Assembly (NCBI GenBank): GCA_012728375.1
Contig: JAAYFF010000003.1
Location: forward strand, 5,427-69,426
Reading direction: 5' to 3'
From: Bacillota bacterium
Lineage (GTDB): Bacteria > Bacillota > Dethiobacteria > DTU022 > UBA8154
DNA length: 64,000 nucleotides
A program made the translations under genes and the position numbers. The notes beneath the pieces are model-generated. The model was not told the DNA's origin and ran no database searches. It was given only the letters and a program-made list of their open reading frames with translations. Shown piece after piece: positions 31,566 through 41,164 of this stretch; position 1 is the first letter of the stretch, and every line of letters starts with the position of its first letter.

Positions 31566-32801
31566 ATGAGAAGAAAGGGAAATGGTGTTGTCGCGCAATC
31601 AGGCGGCCCGACCGCTGTCATAAACAATAGCCTCTGCGGTGTAATTCAGGGATGGCTGAACAACAATTTTGAGGGGATGCTCCTGGGGGCAGTTCACGGT
31701 ATCAGGGGAGTGCTGGAAGAAGACTTTATTGACCTTTCCCGCCAGAAGCGGGAAACTATTAAGGGATTAAGGTTTACTCCCGGCTCTGCGCTTGGTTCGT
31801 GCCGCTATAAACTCAAGGAAGAGGATTATAGGAAGCTGCTGAATGTCTTTCAAAAAAACGATATCAGGTTTTTCTTTTATATCGGCGGCAATGATTCCAT
31901 GGATACAGCCAACAGGGTCCACCAGCTGGCGATGGAGGAAAATTATGAGATGACAGTGGTGGGAATACCGAAAACCATAGATAACGACCTGCCCTGTACC
32001 GACCACTGTCCCGGTTACGGAAGCGCTGCCAAATTTTTGGCGGCAACGGTTCTGGAGACGGGAATTGATTTAAAAGGGGTTCTCAACAATAACCGGATTA
32101 AATTATTGGAAGTAATGGGCCGCAATGCCGGCTGGCTGGCCGCGTCCACGGCTTTGGCCAAGCGCGCGGAAGAGGATGCGCCCCACTTGATTTATCTTCC
32201 CGAAGTGCCTTTCAGCAAAGAGCAGTTTTTGCTGGATGTGCAAAAAACTTATAATAAACTGGGTTATGCTTATATTGTTGTATCTGAAGGGATTGTGGAC
32301 AAGTCCGGGCGTTATATCGTTTCGTCAAGCAGCAGGGATTCCTTCGGCCATCGCGAATTGGGCGGTCTCGCCGGCGTCTTAAAAGAGCTAATCGAAAACG
32401 AAGTAGGGATTAAGGTGCGCTGCAATGTTCTCGGTACTGCACAGCGCTCCGCCATGCATTTTGCTTCCCGGACCGATGCCGATGAGGCGTACATGGCCGG
32501 AGAAGAAGCAGTCCGGCTCGCTGCCCGAGGGGAGTCGGGATTTATGGTAACATTTATCAGGGATGAAGGGTTGGAATATAATTGTAGTACCGGCAAAGTG
32601 GAGTTGGACCGGGTTGCCAATGTGGAGAAAAAAGTTCCGGTAGAATGGATCAATGCTGATCATAATTTTGTTAACGAAAAGTTTATCCGCTATGCGAGGC
32701 CGTTAATACAGGGAGAGGTTGTGGTTCCCACCCGGGACGGACTTCCCGATTATCGGGAATTGGAAAAATTAACAGATACCCTCTATGCGGCCAAAAGCTA
32801 A
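31566..32801 (+). CDS. Phosphofructokinase, predicted PPi-dependent type
   Basis: QSGGPTAVIN, GGNDSMD (Asp) and PKTIDND (Lys) PPi-type signature, EVMGRNAGW. Confidence 0.85.
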   Translation: MRRKGNGVVAQSGGPTAVINNSLCGVIQGWLNNNFEGMLLGAVHGIRGVLEEDFIDLSRQKRETIKGLRFTPGSALGSCRYKLKEEDYRKLLNVFQKNDIRFFFYIGGNDSMDTANRVHQLAMEENYEMTVVGIPKTIDNDLPCTDHCPGYGSAAKFLAATVLETGIDLKGVLNNNRIKLLEVMGRNAGWLAASTALAKRAEEDAPHLIYLPEVPFSKEQFLLDVQKTYNKLGYAYIVVSEGIVDKSGRYIVSSSSRDSFGHRELGGLAGVLKELIENEVGIKVRCNVLGTAQRSAMHFASRTDADEAYMAGEEAVRLAARGESGFMVTFIRDEGLEYNCSTGKVELDRVANVEKKVPVEWINADHNFVNEKFIRYARPLIQGEVVVPTRDGLPDYRELEKLTDTLYAAKS

Positions 32802-32876
32802 ATGCAAAAACGGGTCGCAGCAGAACTATTACTTCTCTGAAGTATCTATTAATAATGAACTCAATAATGAACCAGC

Positions 32877-32913
32877 AAAAAGGGGCTGTAACTCAGTTAC
32901 AACCCCTTTTTTT
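32877..32913. terminator. Bidirectional intrinsic terminator
   Basis: AAAAAGGGG(C)TGTAAC-TCA-GTTACA(A)CCCCTTTTTTT between convergent genes. Confidence 0.75.
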
Positions 32914-32992
32914 ATGATAAGACATGCTGTGGCGGTCTCTTTCATTTTTAACGAAATGTTTTTGTGGGGAGAAGTGACAAATTGATCCGTAC

Positions 32993-33769
32993 TTAGATTT
33001 GTTGAGGCAGTTTGGAAAAGAGGGTGATTAATTGTTCAACTTTATCTCCGTCAAGGCCCAAGGAGGCAGCCCTTTGGACAGCATTCTGCCACTTGGTATC
33101 AGCATTTTCCTTGACAATTAAGAAGTTTTTATATGCCTGTAGGGAAGGCGGATCCTTGTAGATGCAAACCACATGGCCGATGATCCGGTGATCGGGGCCG
33201 ACGGGTATATCCTTGTAGTTCGGGTTGGCGGAACGGAGAAAAGTTCCTCCGCTTTCCTGCACAAAAAATTTTAAGGAAGCCGACCAGAACAGCTCTTCAA
33301 CGCCTGCCGCAACAATCATGCCATGGACGGGGTTCTCTGTTTTTTTTAGGATGGCGATGTCTCCCTCGTGAATCCCTACCCAGGACATGGAATCACCTAT
33401 AATGCGAAGGGCAAAGTCCGCATTAAGGCCTTCTGCTACTTCTATTTCCCCCTCCCAATTATCAAAGGCCAGAAGGGGCAGCCCGGCACGAATAGTGCCG
33501 ATAAGGGGAATTTTCTTTTGCTTTCCGCCGACCGGAACTGTTCGATCTTCCGGCCGGGGAAGATCAGTCCTGCCAAAGAGGTAGTCGATAGAGACATCGA
33601 GAAGATCTGCTATTTTTTTTACCTGTTCAAAAGTACTCGGCTCCCTGTAATTTCTTTCCCATCCCGAAACTGTTCCAATCTCTACGCGGAGAAGATCGGC
33701 AAGTTCTTTTTGTGTCCAGCCTTTTTGCTTTCGGGCAGCTTTTAAGCGCGTTGCAAATATATTGCTCAA
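32993..33769 (-). CDS. XRE-HTH / S24 peptidase repressor (LexA/CI-like)
   Basis: HTH (RLKAARKQKGWTQKELA...WE), Ala-Gly cleavage site IRAG, catalytic Ser GDSM and Lys ASLKF. Confidence 0.92.
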   Translation of the reverse strand: MSNIFATRLKAARKQKGWTQKELADLLRVEIGTVSGWERNYREPSTFEQVKKIADLLDVSIDYLFGRTDLPRPEDRTVPVGGKQKKIPLIGTIRAGLPLLAFDNWEGEIEVAEGLNADFALRIIGDSMSWVGIHEGDIAILKKTENPVHGMIVAAGVEELFWSASLKFFVQESGGTFLRSANPNYKDIPVGPDHRIIGHVVCIYKDPPSLQAYKNFLIVKENADTKWQNAVQRAASLGLDGDKVEQLITLFSKLPQQI

Positions 33770-33789
33770 AAAAAACCCTCCCTGGGATA

Positions 33790-33818
33790 ATTATACCAAT
33801 AATTAAGCGCTTTGTAAA
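33790..33818 (-). promoter_or_regulatory. SigA-type promoter of the repressor, overlapped by an operator-like site
   Basis: TTTACA-N17-TATAAT with TG extension on the minus strand; CGCTTA half-site in the spacer. Confidence 0.65.
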
Positions 33819-33833
33819 TTACGGGAAGCTTTC

Positions 33834-33863
33834 TTGACAATTATAAATAAGTATTTATATAAT
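33834..33863 (+). promoter_or_regulatory. SigA-type promoter of the Mrr-like gene
   Basis: TTGACA-N18-TATAAT. Confidence 0.6.
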
Positions 33864-33896
33864 GCAATAGGTAAAAATAGCAAAGGGGTTCAGGAC

Positions 33897-34562
33897 ATGA
33901 TTTTTGAGACAATCACAAATGTTCTTTCAAAGATAATAGATATTCTTGCCCTTATAGGTGCTGCTGCCAGAGAACTGGTAATTCTTATTCCTTTTATTCT
34001 GGCAGCTGTTTTCTGGGTATTGATTGGAAATTACCGCGATGAATTGTCCTATAGGCGCCTCCGGCTATCGCGTATCGGAGAGATTGATGAGCTAAATTAT
34101 CAAAAATATTATCTTTTTTTGAAAGCGTTTCTCAGTGCAATGGATTTTCATGAAGAAATTTTGCCTGCTGAAGAGGAAGAAGAAAATGAGGATGATGGTT
34201 ATCTGGGAAAAAACACAAAAAAGGAAAAAAAGGAAACAGATATTGACGAGCCTTTGGTATTCATCAAAGATGGCATACGCTACGGGGTGTTGCTGGAAAA
34301 AAAGAAGCTGGGGGTAGGACCTCTTGCTTTTAATAAATTGGAGAAGGTTATGGGAGAGCGCGAATGCCAAGAGGGGATCATTATTAATAATGGCCTTTTT
34401 TCTAAGGCTGACCTGGCAGAAGGGAAAGCAAGGGATATTAAGTTGTGGGATCGGGAGTGGCTAATTAAAGAACTCCTGGAGATGCAGGGATTCGAGGACA
34501 CAAAAGGGAAAGATTTTAATTATTATTTTTATGATTTTTGGAGATGGGCCCTGTGGGGTTAG
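33897..34562 (+). CDS. Membrane-anchored Mrr-like (restriction endonuclease fold) protein, degenerate
   Basis: N-terminal hydrophobic helix, acidic linker, then KDGIRYGVLLEK...GIIINNGLFS...IKLWDREWL resembling Mrr_cat; ATG 33897. Confidence 0.6.
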   Translation: MIFETITNVLSKIIDILALIGAAARELVILIPFILAAVFWVLIGNYRDELSYRRLRLSRIGEIDELNYQKYYLFLKAFLSAMDFHEEILPAEEEEENEDDGYLGKNTKKEKKETDIDEPLVFIKDGIRYGVLLEKKKLGVGPLAFNKLEKVMGERECQEGIIINNGLFSKADLAEGKARDIKLWDREWLIKELLEMQGFEDTKGKDFNYYFYDFWRWALWG

Positions 34563-34573
34563 CGAAAGTCTTA

Positions 34574-34659
34574 TAAGCGCAACGCTTAATATTTTAAAAT
34601 ATTCCTTGACTGACTAATACAAAACGCTTATAATACTTTTAAGGTAAACGAAATGCTTA
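34574..34659 (+). promoter_or_regulatory. SigA promoter with three operator-like sites upstream of the comK-like gene
   Basis: TTGACT(34606)-N17-TATAAT(34629); TAAGCG-CAA-CGCTTA (34574), AATACA-AAA-CGCTTA (34616), TAAACG-AAA-TGCTTA (34645). Confidence 0.75.
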
Positions 34660-34671
34660 TGTAGGATTGGA

Positions 34672-35295
34672 GTGAAAGGAATGCCCAGGAAGGAAGAGAG
34701 GATTCAGCAGTACCTGGAAGAAACAATTCAGGCTCTGTTACCTGTTTATGACGGGGACGGAAGCGGTTCCCTCGTTTATACGCGCAAAAACCGGTTCAGG
34801 GACTCGCGAAGTTTGCCGTGGCTTGTCAACAGGCTTGCTCATTATTTCAGCCTCGATCTGGCGGTACTGCGGAAAAGAAGCGCGTCATTGCTGAACCAAA
34901 AGCACCATCTTTCTATTCCCCTTAGCCCTGATCTGATTCTTCTGCCGGTCAAAGTGCGCCAAGCTGCTCTGCAGGGTGAGACAACAATAGCGTATATAAG
35001 CTTGACGGAAATAGAGAATTTGCAAGAAATCAAAGACAACCCCCCTTACAAGTCGGCGATCCTTTTGCACGGGGGACGGGTTATTAAAAGTCTGCACGGG
35101 GTGTCCTCTCTCCGGGAACGAATCCGACAGGGAGAGCTTGTGGGGGAAGACTTTAGAAGCCGTAGAAAAAGTACTGCTGCTGTGACAGGGCTTGATTCGT
35201 CTGAACTTCTTTCTGCACTGCCCGGTTGCACATGTTTTTTGAAGGATCTTTTTACTGCGGTTGTTTCTCTGGCTGCTAAAGCCGGGAGTTTTTGA
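34672..35295 (+). CDS. ComK family protein
   Basis: LLPVYDGDG, LAHYFSLDLAVLRK, IPLSPDLILLPVKVR pattern recalled from clostridial ComK-family proteins. Confidence 0.7.
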   Translation: MKGMPRKEERIQQYLEETIQALLPVYDGDGSGSLVYTRKNRFRDSRSLPWLVNRLAHYFSLDLAVLRKRSASLLNQKHHLSIPLSPDLILLPVKVRQAALQGETTIAYISLTEIENLQEIKDNPPYKSAILLHGGRVIKSLHGVSSLRERIRQGELVGEDFRSRRKSTAAVTGLDSSELLSALPGCTCFLKDLFTAVVSLAAKAGSF

Positions 35296-35362
35296 CCGGA
35301 GTGATATTTTCGCTGTTATTGTAGTATTAATACCTGAAAGTTTATAACCGGTAGAGAAGGGG

Positions 35363-35632
35363 ATGGTCGGGATGTACAAAACGCTTCTCGGCATTGTTCT
35401 TTTACGGTTATTTTCAGGAACAGTGGAAATTATCTCCGCGCTAATTATTTTTCGTTTAAACAGCTTGGAACAAGCCTTAAAAATAAATGCAATACTTGCC
35501 TCAATAGGCCCCTTGGTTTTTTTGGCAGCCATGTATCTTGGGCTGACAGGCCTGGCCAGGGAACTGCCTCTGCAGAAAATGATTTTCGTGTATCTGGGGG
35601 TGGCTTTAATTTTTATCGGCCTAAGGCGTTAA
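35363..35632 (+). CDS. YqhV (DUF2619) family membrane protein
   Basis: LRLFSGTVEIISAL...ALKINAILASIGP. Confidence 0.8.
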   Translation: MVGMYKTLLGIVLLRLFSGTVEIISALIIFRLNSLEQALKINAILASIGPLVFLAAMYLGLTGLARELPLQKMIFVYLGVALIFIGLRR

Positions 35633-35650
35633 AAGAAAGGATGATCCTAA

Positions 35651-36406
35651 GTGAAGAACAGGTCTTGTCCTGCTGAAGTAATTGAGCGGGTCCGGGGAGA
35701 AGAGGGAGAGTTGCAGCTTCAGCGCCGGGGGCAGGAGTTTGAGTTCATTTTTAACGGTGTTTTTCTGATGGCCAGTTATAATGGTGTTTCGGAAAAAGAA
35801 ATGGTTTCAGCCGCTCTGAACATTCAGCCTCAGTCTTTTCCGGTGCCCCCATTCAGCGGGGGTGAAGATACTGTTGCCGCTGCTGCGAAGAAAGACTGTG
35901 CGCTGCGGGTTTTAATGGGGGGCTTGGGTATGGGTCTGGGTTTGCAGGAAGCCCTTCGTTTTCCCGGTGTGGCCAGAGTTGATGTTTTTGAGCTGGAGGA
36001 GGCGGTTGTCCGCTGGAACAGGGGGCCTCTCAAAGATTTAAACGGCGGAGCCCTGGAAGATCCCAGGGTAAACGTTTTTATCGGCGACATCGTTGAATAT
36101 CTGCGCAAGAAAGAAACAACCCTGAAAAGTGAAGTTGAGCAATATGATGTAATAATTTTGGATACCGATAACGGGCCGGGGTGGTTAAGCCGCCCGAAAA
36201 ATGAATTTCTTTACAGCTTTCAGGGAACGCGGCTGCTTAAAAAATTGCTCCTTCCTGGGGGACGCCTTTCTGTCTGGTCATCGTCACCCGTACCGTTTTA
36301 TCTGTCCTTGTTGAAGTCGCTTTTTGACAATGTCTGGGAAAAAGAACTTTTAGAAAAGACGGGACAAACATCCTATTATTACCTGGCAGTGAAGCAGGCC
36401 CTGTAA
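35651..36406 (+). CDS. Spermidine-synthase-like SAM-dependent methyltransferase
   Basis: NGVFLM, VLMGGLGMG, FELEEAV, DVIILDTDNGP. Confidence 0.8.
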   Translation: MKNRSCPAEVIERVRGEEGELQLQRRGQEFEFIFNGVFLMASYNGVSEKEMVSAALNIQPQSFPVPPFSGGEDTVAAAAKKDCALRVLMGGLGMGLGLQEALRFPGVARVDVFELEEAVVRWNRGPLKDLNGGALEDPRVNVFIGDIVEYLRKKETTLKSEVEQYDVIILDTDNGPGWLSRPKNEFLYSFQGTRLLKKLLLPGGRLSVWSSSPVPFYLSLLKSLFDNVWEKELLEKTGQTSYYYLAVKQAL

Positions 36407-36518
36407 GTTAAATTAAATGCACAATTTGATTTGAAAGGAATAATATGCGAGAGATGGCAGGGAATAGATCCTGCTATCTCTCGCGTTGGCTTTTCTCGGA
36501 TTGATAATATCCCGGATT

Positions 36519-37292
36519 TTATCTGAAATGGCTTTTTAGCTCGTGCACATATGCCGGAAGCGCGGTCCGCCAGTTTTTTCCCGAGAGGTGGCAAATGATG
36601 CTGCTGCCGACAATAACCCCGTCCACAAGTTGTGCTATCCGGCCTGCCTGTTCCTTTGTCGAAATGCCGAAACCCATGCACAGGGGCAGTGAAGCATGTT
36701 TTTTAACCCTTTTCACAAACTCCGGCAGTCCGGGAGGAAGGCTTTCCCTCATACCTGTCACTCCTTCTACTGAAACGAGATAGAGAAAGCCCCTGGAGCG
36801 TTCGGCTATATATTTGACCCTCTCATCAGGTGTATTGGGGGCGACAAGATAAATTAGGTCGAGCCCCCGTGAAAATGCACTTTTTTCCAGCATCCCGGCT
36901 TCCTCGGGAGGAAGGTCGGGGATGATGAATCCGTCCACACCCGCAGAGGATGAGTCTGCACAGAAATCTTCCAGCCCGTATTGCAGAATGGGGTTGTAAT
37001 AACCCATGAAGATAAGGGGAATGGATGAACTTTTCCGTATCAGACGAACGGCATTGATGCACATCTTTATGTTGACGCCGTTTTGCAGAGCTTTGTTTGC
37101 AGCCTGCTGAATTGTAACCCCGTCAACAAGAGGGTCAGAGAAGGGGATACCCAGCTCAATAATATCCGCTCCGCTTTTCTCCAGCAGCAGCACTGCTTCC
37201 ACCGTTTCCTGCAAAGAGGGATAGCCTGCGGTGAGATAGGGGATAAGAAGGGTACCTTTTTTATTGTCAAAAACAGAACTGATGCGGCTCAT
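36519..37292 (-). CDS. trpA: Tryptophan synthase alpha
   Basis: [31 protein letters not shown]. Confidence 0.96.
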   Translation of the reverse strand: MSRISSVFDNKKGTLLIPYLTAGYPSLQETVEAVLLLEKSGADIIELGIPFSDPLVDGVTIQQAANKALQNGVNIKMCINAVRLIRKSSSIPLIFMGYYNPILQYGLEDFCADSSSAGVDGFIIPDLPPEEAGMLEKSAFSRGLDLIYLVAPNTPDERVKYIAERSRGFLYLVSVEGVTGMRESLPPGLPEFVKRVKKHASLPLCMGFGISTKEQAGRIAQLVDGVIVGSSIICHLSGKNWRTALPAYVHELKSHFR

Positions 37293-38491
37293 CTTTTTCC
37301 CTCCATTTGCTCCCGGATAATCTCCAAGTCTTTATCTCCCCGGCCGGAGAGGTTGACGACAACAATCTGCCCTTCTTTAAGGGAAGGGGCCAGTTTCATA
37401 GTGTAAGCCAAGGCGTGTGCGGACTCCAGGGCGGGGATAATCCCCTCGGTGAGGCTGAGAAATTCTACGGCCTGTAGCGCTTCTTTGTCCAGTACGGCCG
37501 TGTAGTCGGCGCGGCCGCTTTCTTTCAGGTAGCTGTGTTCCGGACCGACGCCAGGGTAATCAAGACCCGCGGAAATGCTGTGTACCTCTGCAATATTGCC
37601 GTCTGCGTCCTGAAGAAGCAGCGACCTGGCACCGTGAAAAACTCCCGGCCTGCCCATGCTCAGTGTCGCGGCATGCCGTCCGCTTGCCGGGTCCTGCCCT
37701 CCGGCTTCCACCCCGACCATTTTTACTGTTTGCTCCTTCACAAAGGGGTAAAAAAGACCCATGGCATTGGAGCCGCCTCCCACACAGGCGATCAGATAGT
37801 CAGGCAGCCTGTTGTAGCGAGTTTTCAGCTGCTCTTTAACCTCTCGCCCGATGACAGACTGAAAATCCCGTACCATCATGGGAAAAGGGTGGGGCCCCAC
37901 CACAGAGCCCAAAAGATAGTGAGTCTCCCTTACGCTCGCTACCCAGTCCCTGAAAGCTTCGTTAACAGCCTCCTTCAGTGTTCCGTTTTCACCGCCCGCG
38001 GGTTTTACTTCAGCTCCCAGGAGCTGCATGCGGGCGACGTTGGGAGACTGGCGGGCCATATCCTTTTCGCCCATGTAGATAACGCACTCCATCTTGAGCA
38101 TGGCGCAGACCGCTGCCACAGCAACTCCGTGCTGTCCGGCCCCCGTTTCAGCAATAATGCGTTTTTTTCCCATCTTCACGGCCAGCAGCCCCTGTCCCAG
38201 CACATTGTTGATCTTGTGGGCTCCCGTATGCAACAGGTCCTCTCTTTTAAGAAAAATACGGGCTTTGCTCCCTAGCTTCTCTGCAAAGTTTACCGCCTCA
38301 TAAAGGGGTGTGGGGCGTCCCGCCCACTCGGCTAAAAGGCGGTAAAGTTCCCTCTGAAAATCCGGGTCTTTCTTCGCCTGCCGGTAGGCTTCCGTGAGCT
38401 CATCTAAAGCGGGAGCCAGTATTTCCGGCACGAAACGGCCGCCGAAGCTGCCGAAATATCCTTTTTCATCGGGTACCATATCATCTGTCAT
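37289..38491 (-). CDS. trpB: Tryptophan synthase beta
   Basis: [17 protein letters not shown] lysine, [22 protein letters not shown]; probable ATG at 38491. Confidence 0.97.
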   Translation of the reverse strand: MTDDMVPDEKGYFGSFGGRFVPEILAPALDELTEAYRQAKKDPDFQRELYRLLAEWAGRPTPLYEAVNFAEKLGSKARIFLKREDLLHTGAHKINNVLGQGLLAVKMGKKRIIAETGAGQHGVAVAAVCAMLKMECVIYMGEKDMARQSPNVARMQLLGAEVKPAGGENGTLKEAVNEAFRDWVASVRETHYLLGSVVGPHPFPMMVRDFQSVIGREVKEQLKTRYNRLPDYLIACVGGGSNAMGLFYPFVKEQTVKMVGVEAGGQDPASGRHAATLSMGRPGVFHGARSLLLQDADGNIAEVHSISAGLDYPGVGPEHSYLKESGRADYTAVLDKEALQAVEFLSLTEGIIPALESAHALAYTMKLAPSLKEGQIVVVNLSGRGDKDLEIIREQMEGKR

Positions 38492-39200
38492 TTCGGTTGT
38501 TTCCTTTCGCTGCGGAAGCATCCGCATGATATTTTGCCGGCAGATCCATGACTGCTCGCAAAAAACAAATTACTTTTTTTCTTTCCAGCCGTCCCGCGGT
38601 AGTAACCGCGCTAAAGGCATCAACAGCAAAAGGCTGCACTGTAGCGAGAGCATTTTTAATATTATTTTTATTTAACCCGCCTGCCAGAATAAGGGGGGAA
38701 GGATAGATTGCTTTGCGTATCCGCCTGGCAACCTCCAGGGGAAACTGTAGCCCGGTTGAGCCCACTTTTTCCGCTGTCATTGTATCCAGCAAAATAGCAT
38801 CGGCACCTGCCTCCACGTACTCCCTGGCACAACGCTCCGGGTCTGCCCCTTCCGCTAAACCTTTTTCCATCCAGTGCAGTGTTTTAATAATGGCTGTCTT
38901 AAGCTTTCTTTTTAAGAAGGCCACCTGTTCCACCGCATTAAAACCATGAAGCTGCACAGCATCAGGATTCACTTCTTTTGCCATGAAGATTACCCGTTCT
39001 GCTTGTTCCTCGGTAATGATTAAAATGGAGGTCACCAGAGGAGGAATCAGCCGGCGGAGGCCTCGTGCCTGTTCCAGGGAGAGGCGGCAGGGAAGTTTTT
39101 GCCTTACTTCCGTAATCAGGCCGATTCCATGGGCGCCTTCTTCCACCAGCATTTTTATATCGGAAGGCTCATAGCTTCCGCAAAGCATAACACGGGTCAT
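38481..39200 (-). CDS. trpF: Phosphoribosylanthranilate isomerase (divergent)
   Basis: MLCG, VQLHG, ILLD, LAGGLN, PFAVD; position in the trp operon. Confidence 0.85.
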   Translation of the reverse strand: MTRVMLCGSYEPSDIKMLVEEGAHGIGLITEVRQKLPCRLSLEQARGLRRLIPPLVTSILIITEEQAERVIFMAKEVNPDAVQLHGFNAVEQVAFLKRKLKTAIIKTLHWMEKGLAEGADPERCAREYVEAGADAILLDTMTAEKVGSTGLQFPLEVARRIRKAIYPSPLILAGGLNKNNIKNALATVQPFAVDAFSAVTTAGRLERKKVICFLRAVMDLPAKYHADASAAKGNNRNDR

Positions 39201-39964
39201 GAAATTCTCCTCCCCCCAGGCATACTTGCCCTGACAAAGGAAGCCACTTTTTCTGCGGGCTTCCGGGAAAGCATAAAGGCCGTCCCTACGAGTACTGCAT
39301 CAGCACCGCATGACAGGGAAAAAAGGGCGTCGTCCGGGCTTCGGTGTGCGCTCTGGCAGACAAGAAGGGCGTCTCCTATTACTTGCCGGTAAGCCTCTGC
39401 TGTTTTTGGCGTTAGTCGTATTATATCCTCTTCTTTTTCCAATTTGTCGATATCTTTGTTATTAAAGCCCACACCGGTTAACTTTCCAGCGATTTCTTTT
39501 AAGCAGGGGATGTCTTCCGTTCCCCGCGTCTCTACCAAGGCTTCCATTCCATAGCTGTACACCTGCTCAAGCACCGCGGGGAGCTTCTCCTTTAGGAGGT
39601 GAGCGATGAGGAGGATGGTGACGCGGGATTTCCGGCTGTCTCCCAAACGGTCCAGTAATTCGGCGTAATAATCGATCCCTGTCTCATCAAAAATAAAGTC
39701 TTTGATAAGCAAAGGCAGAGTTGAAGCCCGCAGGACCGCAGGGATGTCTTCTTCCGGGTTTCCCCCGAAAAAGCGTTTTTCCGTAACGAGGGAGATCCCG
39801 GCTGCTCCGCCGTTTTCGTAATCTTTTGCCAGAAGCCCCGCATCCCGGCTGTCAGGGAGGTAATGATCCTTATCCGCCAGCTTGGGAATCAAGCGCTTTA
39901 TTTCCGCTATGACAGGGACAATACCTGCAGCTTTTGCTTTAATTAATGACTGTGCCAGGTTCAA
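39197..39964 (-). CDS. trpC: Indole-3-glycerol phosphate synthase (divergent)
   Basis: IAEIK, ISLVTE, LLIKDF, LVE, GFNN, VLVG; position in the trp operon. Confidence 0.82.
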   Translation of the reverse strand: MNLAQSLIKAKAAGIVPVIAEIKRLIPKLADKDHYLPDSRDAGLLAKDYENGGAAGISLVTEKRFFGGNPEEDIPAVLRASTLPLLIKDFIFDETGIDYYAELLDRLGDSRKSRVTILLIAHLLKEKLPAVLEQVYSYGMEALVETRGTEDIPCLKEIAGKLTGVGFNNKDIDKLEKEEDIIRLTPKTAEAYRQVIGDALLVCQSAHRSPDDALFSLSCGADAVLVGTAFMLSRKPAEKVASFVRASMPGGRRIS

Positions 39965-40994
39965 AAGCTTTACCCTCCTTTAACTCTTTTGATCTCCTGC
40001 TTATCTCTTCAACTTTAGCCATGGCGAGGCCTGAGTCCAGGGTATGCCGGGCAAGCTCAAAGCCTGCAAAAAGATCCTCGGCTTTTCCTCCTACCACCAT
40101 GGTGGCCGCCGCATTAAGCAGGAGCATATCACGCCTTGGGCCTTTGTCTTTCCCGCTGAAAATGTTTCTGATGATATTTGCGTTGTAAACAGGGCTGCCT
40201 CCCTTGATATCTTGGAGCGAACAACGGCGAAGCCCGAAATCTTCTGGAAATACACTGAAAGTCCTTATCTTGCCGTTTTTTATTTCTGCGATCTTTGTTT
40301 CACCCAGGAGAGACAATTCATCCAATCCGTCGGTGCCGTGAAGAACCATGACATGCTCAAAGCCAAGCATGGCCACCACTTCAGCCATCATATCCACAAG
40401 CTGGGGTTGATATACTCCCAGGACATGGCGTTTGGCACCGGCAGGATTAATTAGCGGTCCGATAATCGTAAAAAAAATTGTTTTGATACCCAGTTCATTT
40501 TCAGGTGAAAAAACTTTGAGCATGACGGGATGAAAAAGGGGGGCATAAAGGAAGGAAAAACCGGTTTCTTCGATGAGGAGCTCTGCCTGGCGGGGCTCCA
40601 GTTCTACTTCGATTCCCAGTGCCTCCAGGACATCAGCGCTTCCGGAAGAGGCAGATATAGAGCGGGAGCCGTGTTTCGCTATTTTAACTCCTGCAGCAGC
40701 AGAGAGGAGGGCGTTTGCACTGCTGACATTAAAGGTGGTCAAGCCGCCTCCTGTTCCGCAGGTGTCAGTTAACTTCCCGTTAACCCGGGGCCTGAGAGGA
40801 ATGCAAACCTGCTGCATAGAGCGTGCGATAGCAGCGATTTCACCCACTGTAGGCCCTTTCATTAACAGGGCCATTAAAAAGCCGGCAATTTGTACTTGAG
40901 AAAAACGATTCTCCGCAAGGCCTGTAATAACTTCATTTATTTCAGGCTGGCCCAGTTCTTCTTTCCGGGCAAGCTGCTTTAAAATTTCTTTCAT
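39939..40994 (-). CDS. trpD: Anthranilate phosphoribosyltransferase
   Basis: DTCGTGG, KHGSRSIS, GSADVLE, GPLINP, GLDE. Confidence 0.95.
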   Translation of the reverse strand: MKEILKQLARKEELGQPEINEVITGLAENRFSQVQIAGFLMALLMKGPTVGEIAAIARSMQQVCIPLRPRVNGKLTDTCGTGGGLTTFNVSSANALLSAAAGVKIAKHGSRSISASSGSADVLEALGIEVELEPRQAELLIEETGFSFLYAPLFHPVMLKVFSPENELGIKTIFFTIIGPLINPAGAKRHVLGVYQPQLVDMMAEVVAMLGFEHVMVLHGTDGLDELSLLGETKIAEIKNGKIRTFSVFPEDFGLRRCSLQDIKGGSPVYNANIIRNIFSGKDKGPRRDMLLLNAAATMVVGGKAEDLFAGFELARHTLDSGLAMAKVEEISRRSKELKEGKAFEPGTVIN

Positions 40995-41136
40995 GTGTTA
41001 AAATCTCCCTTCTTTTCGGTAAAAATAACAGATAAAATTCCGGGCAATGAATGCACCGGTTGAAAACGGTTAATTTAGCCCTTGCGGGCCATCTCCAGAG
41101 CCAGGTCTTATTTTTAAATATGCAGCTTTGCAACAT
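40942..41136 (-). CDS. Putative Trp-rich leader ORF (TrpL-like) overlapping the trpD start
   Basis: AAGGAGG RBS, ATG 41136, W-L-W-R-W codons at 41103-41089; lies between the T-box terminator and trpD. Confidence 0.7.
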   Translation of the reverse strand: MLQSCIFKNKTWLWRWPARAKLTVFNRCIHCPEFYLLFLPKRREILTHERNFKAACPERRTGPA

Positions 41137-41164
41137 GATAAAATTTCCTCCTTAGTTTTTTAAA

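Noticed and set aside
32993-33769. Prophage suggested by the CI-like repressor
   Set aside because: No integrase, Cro, replication or structural genes and no att repeats; the neighbours are host-type genes.
34885-35532. 215-aa - strand ORF
   Set aside because: Overlaps comK-like and yqhV antisense; low-complexity translation and no RBS.
37535-38275. 246-aa + strand ORF
   Set aside because: Antisense shadow of trpB with no motifs.
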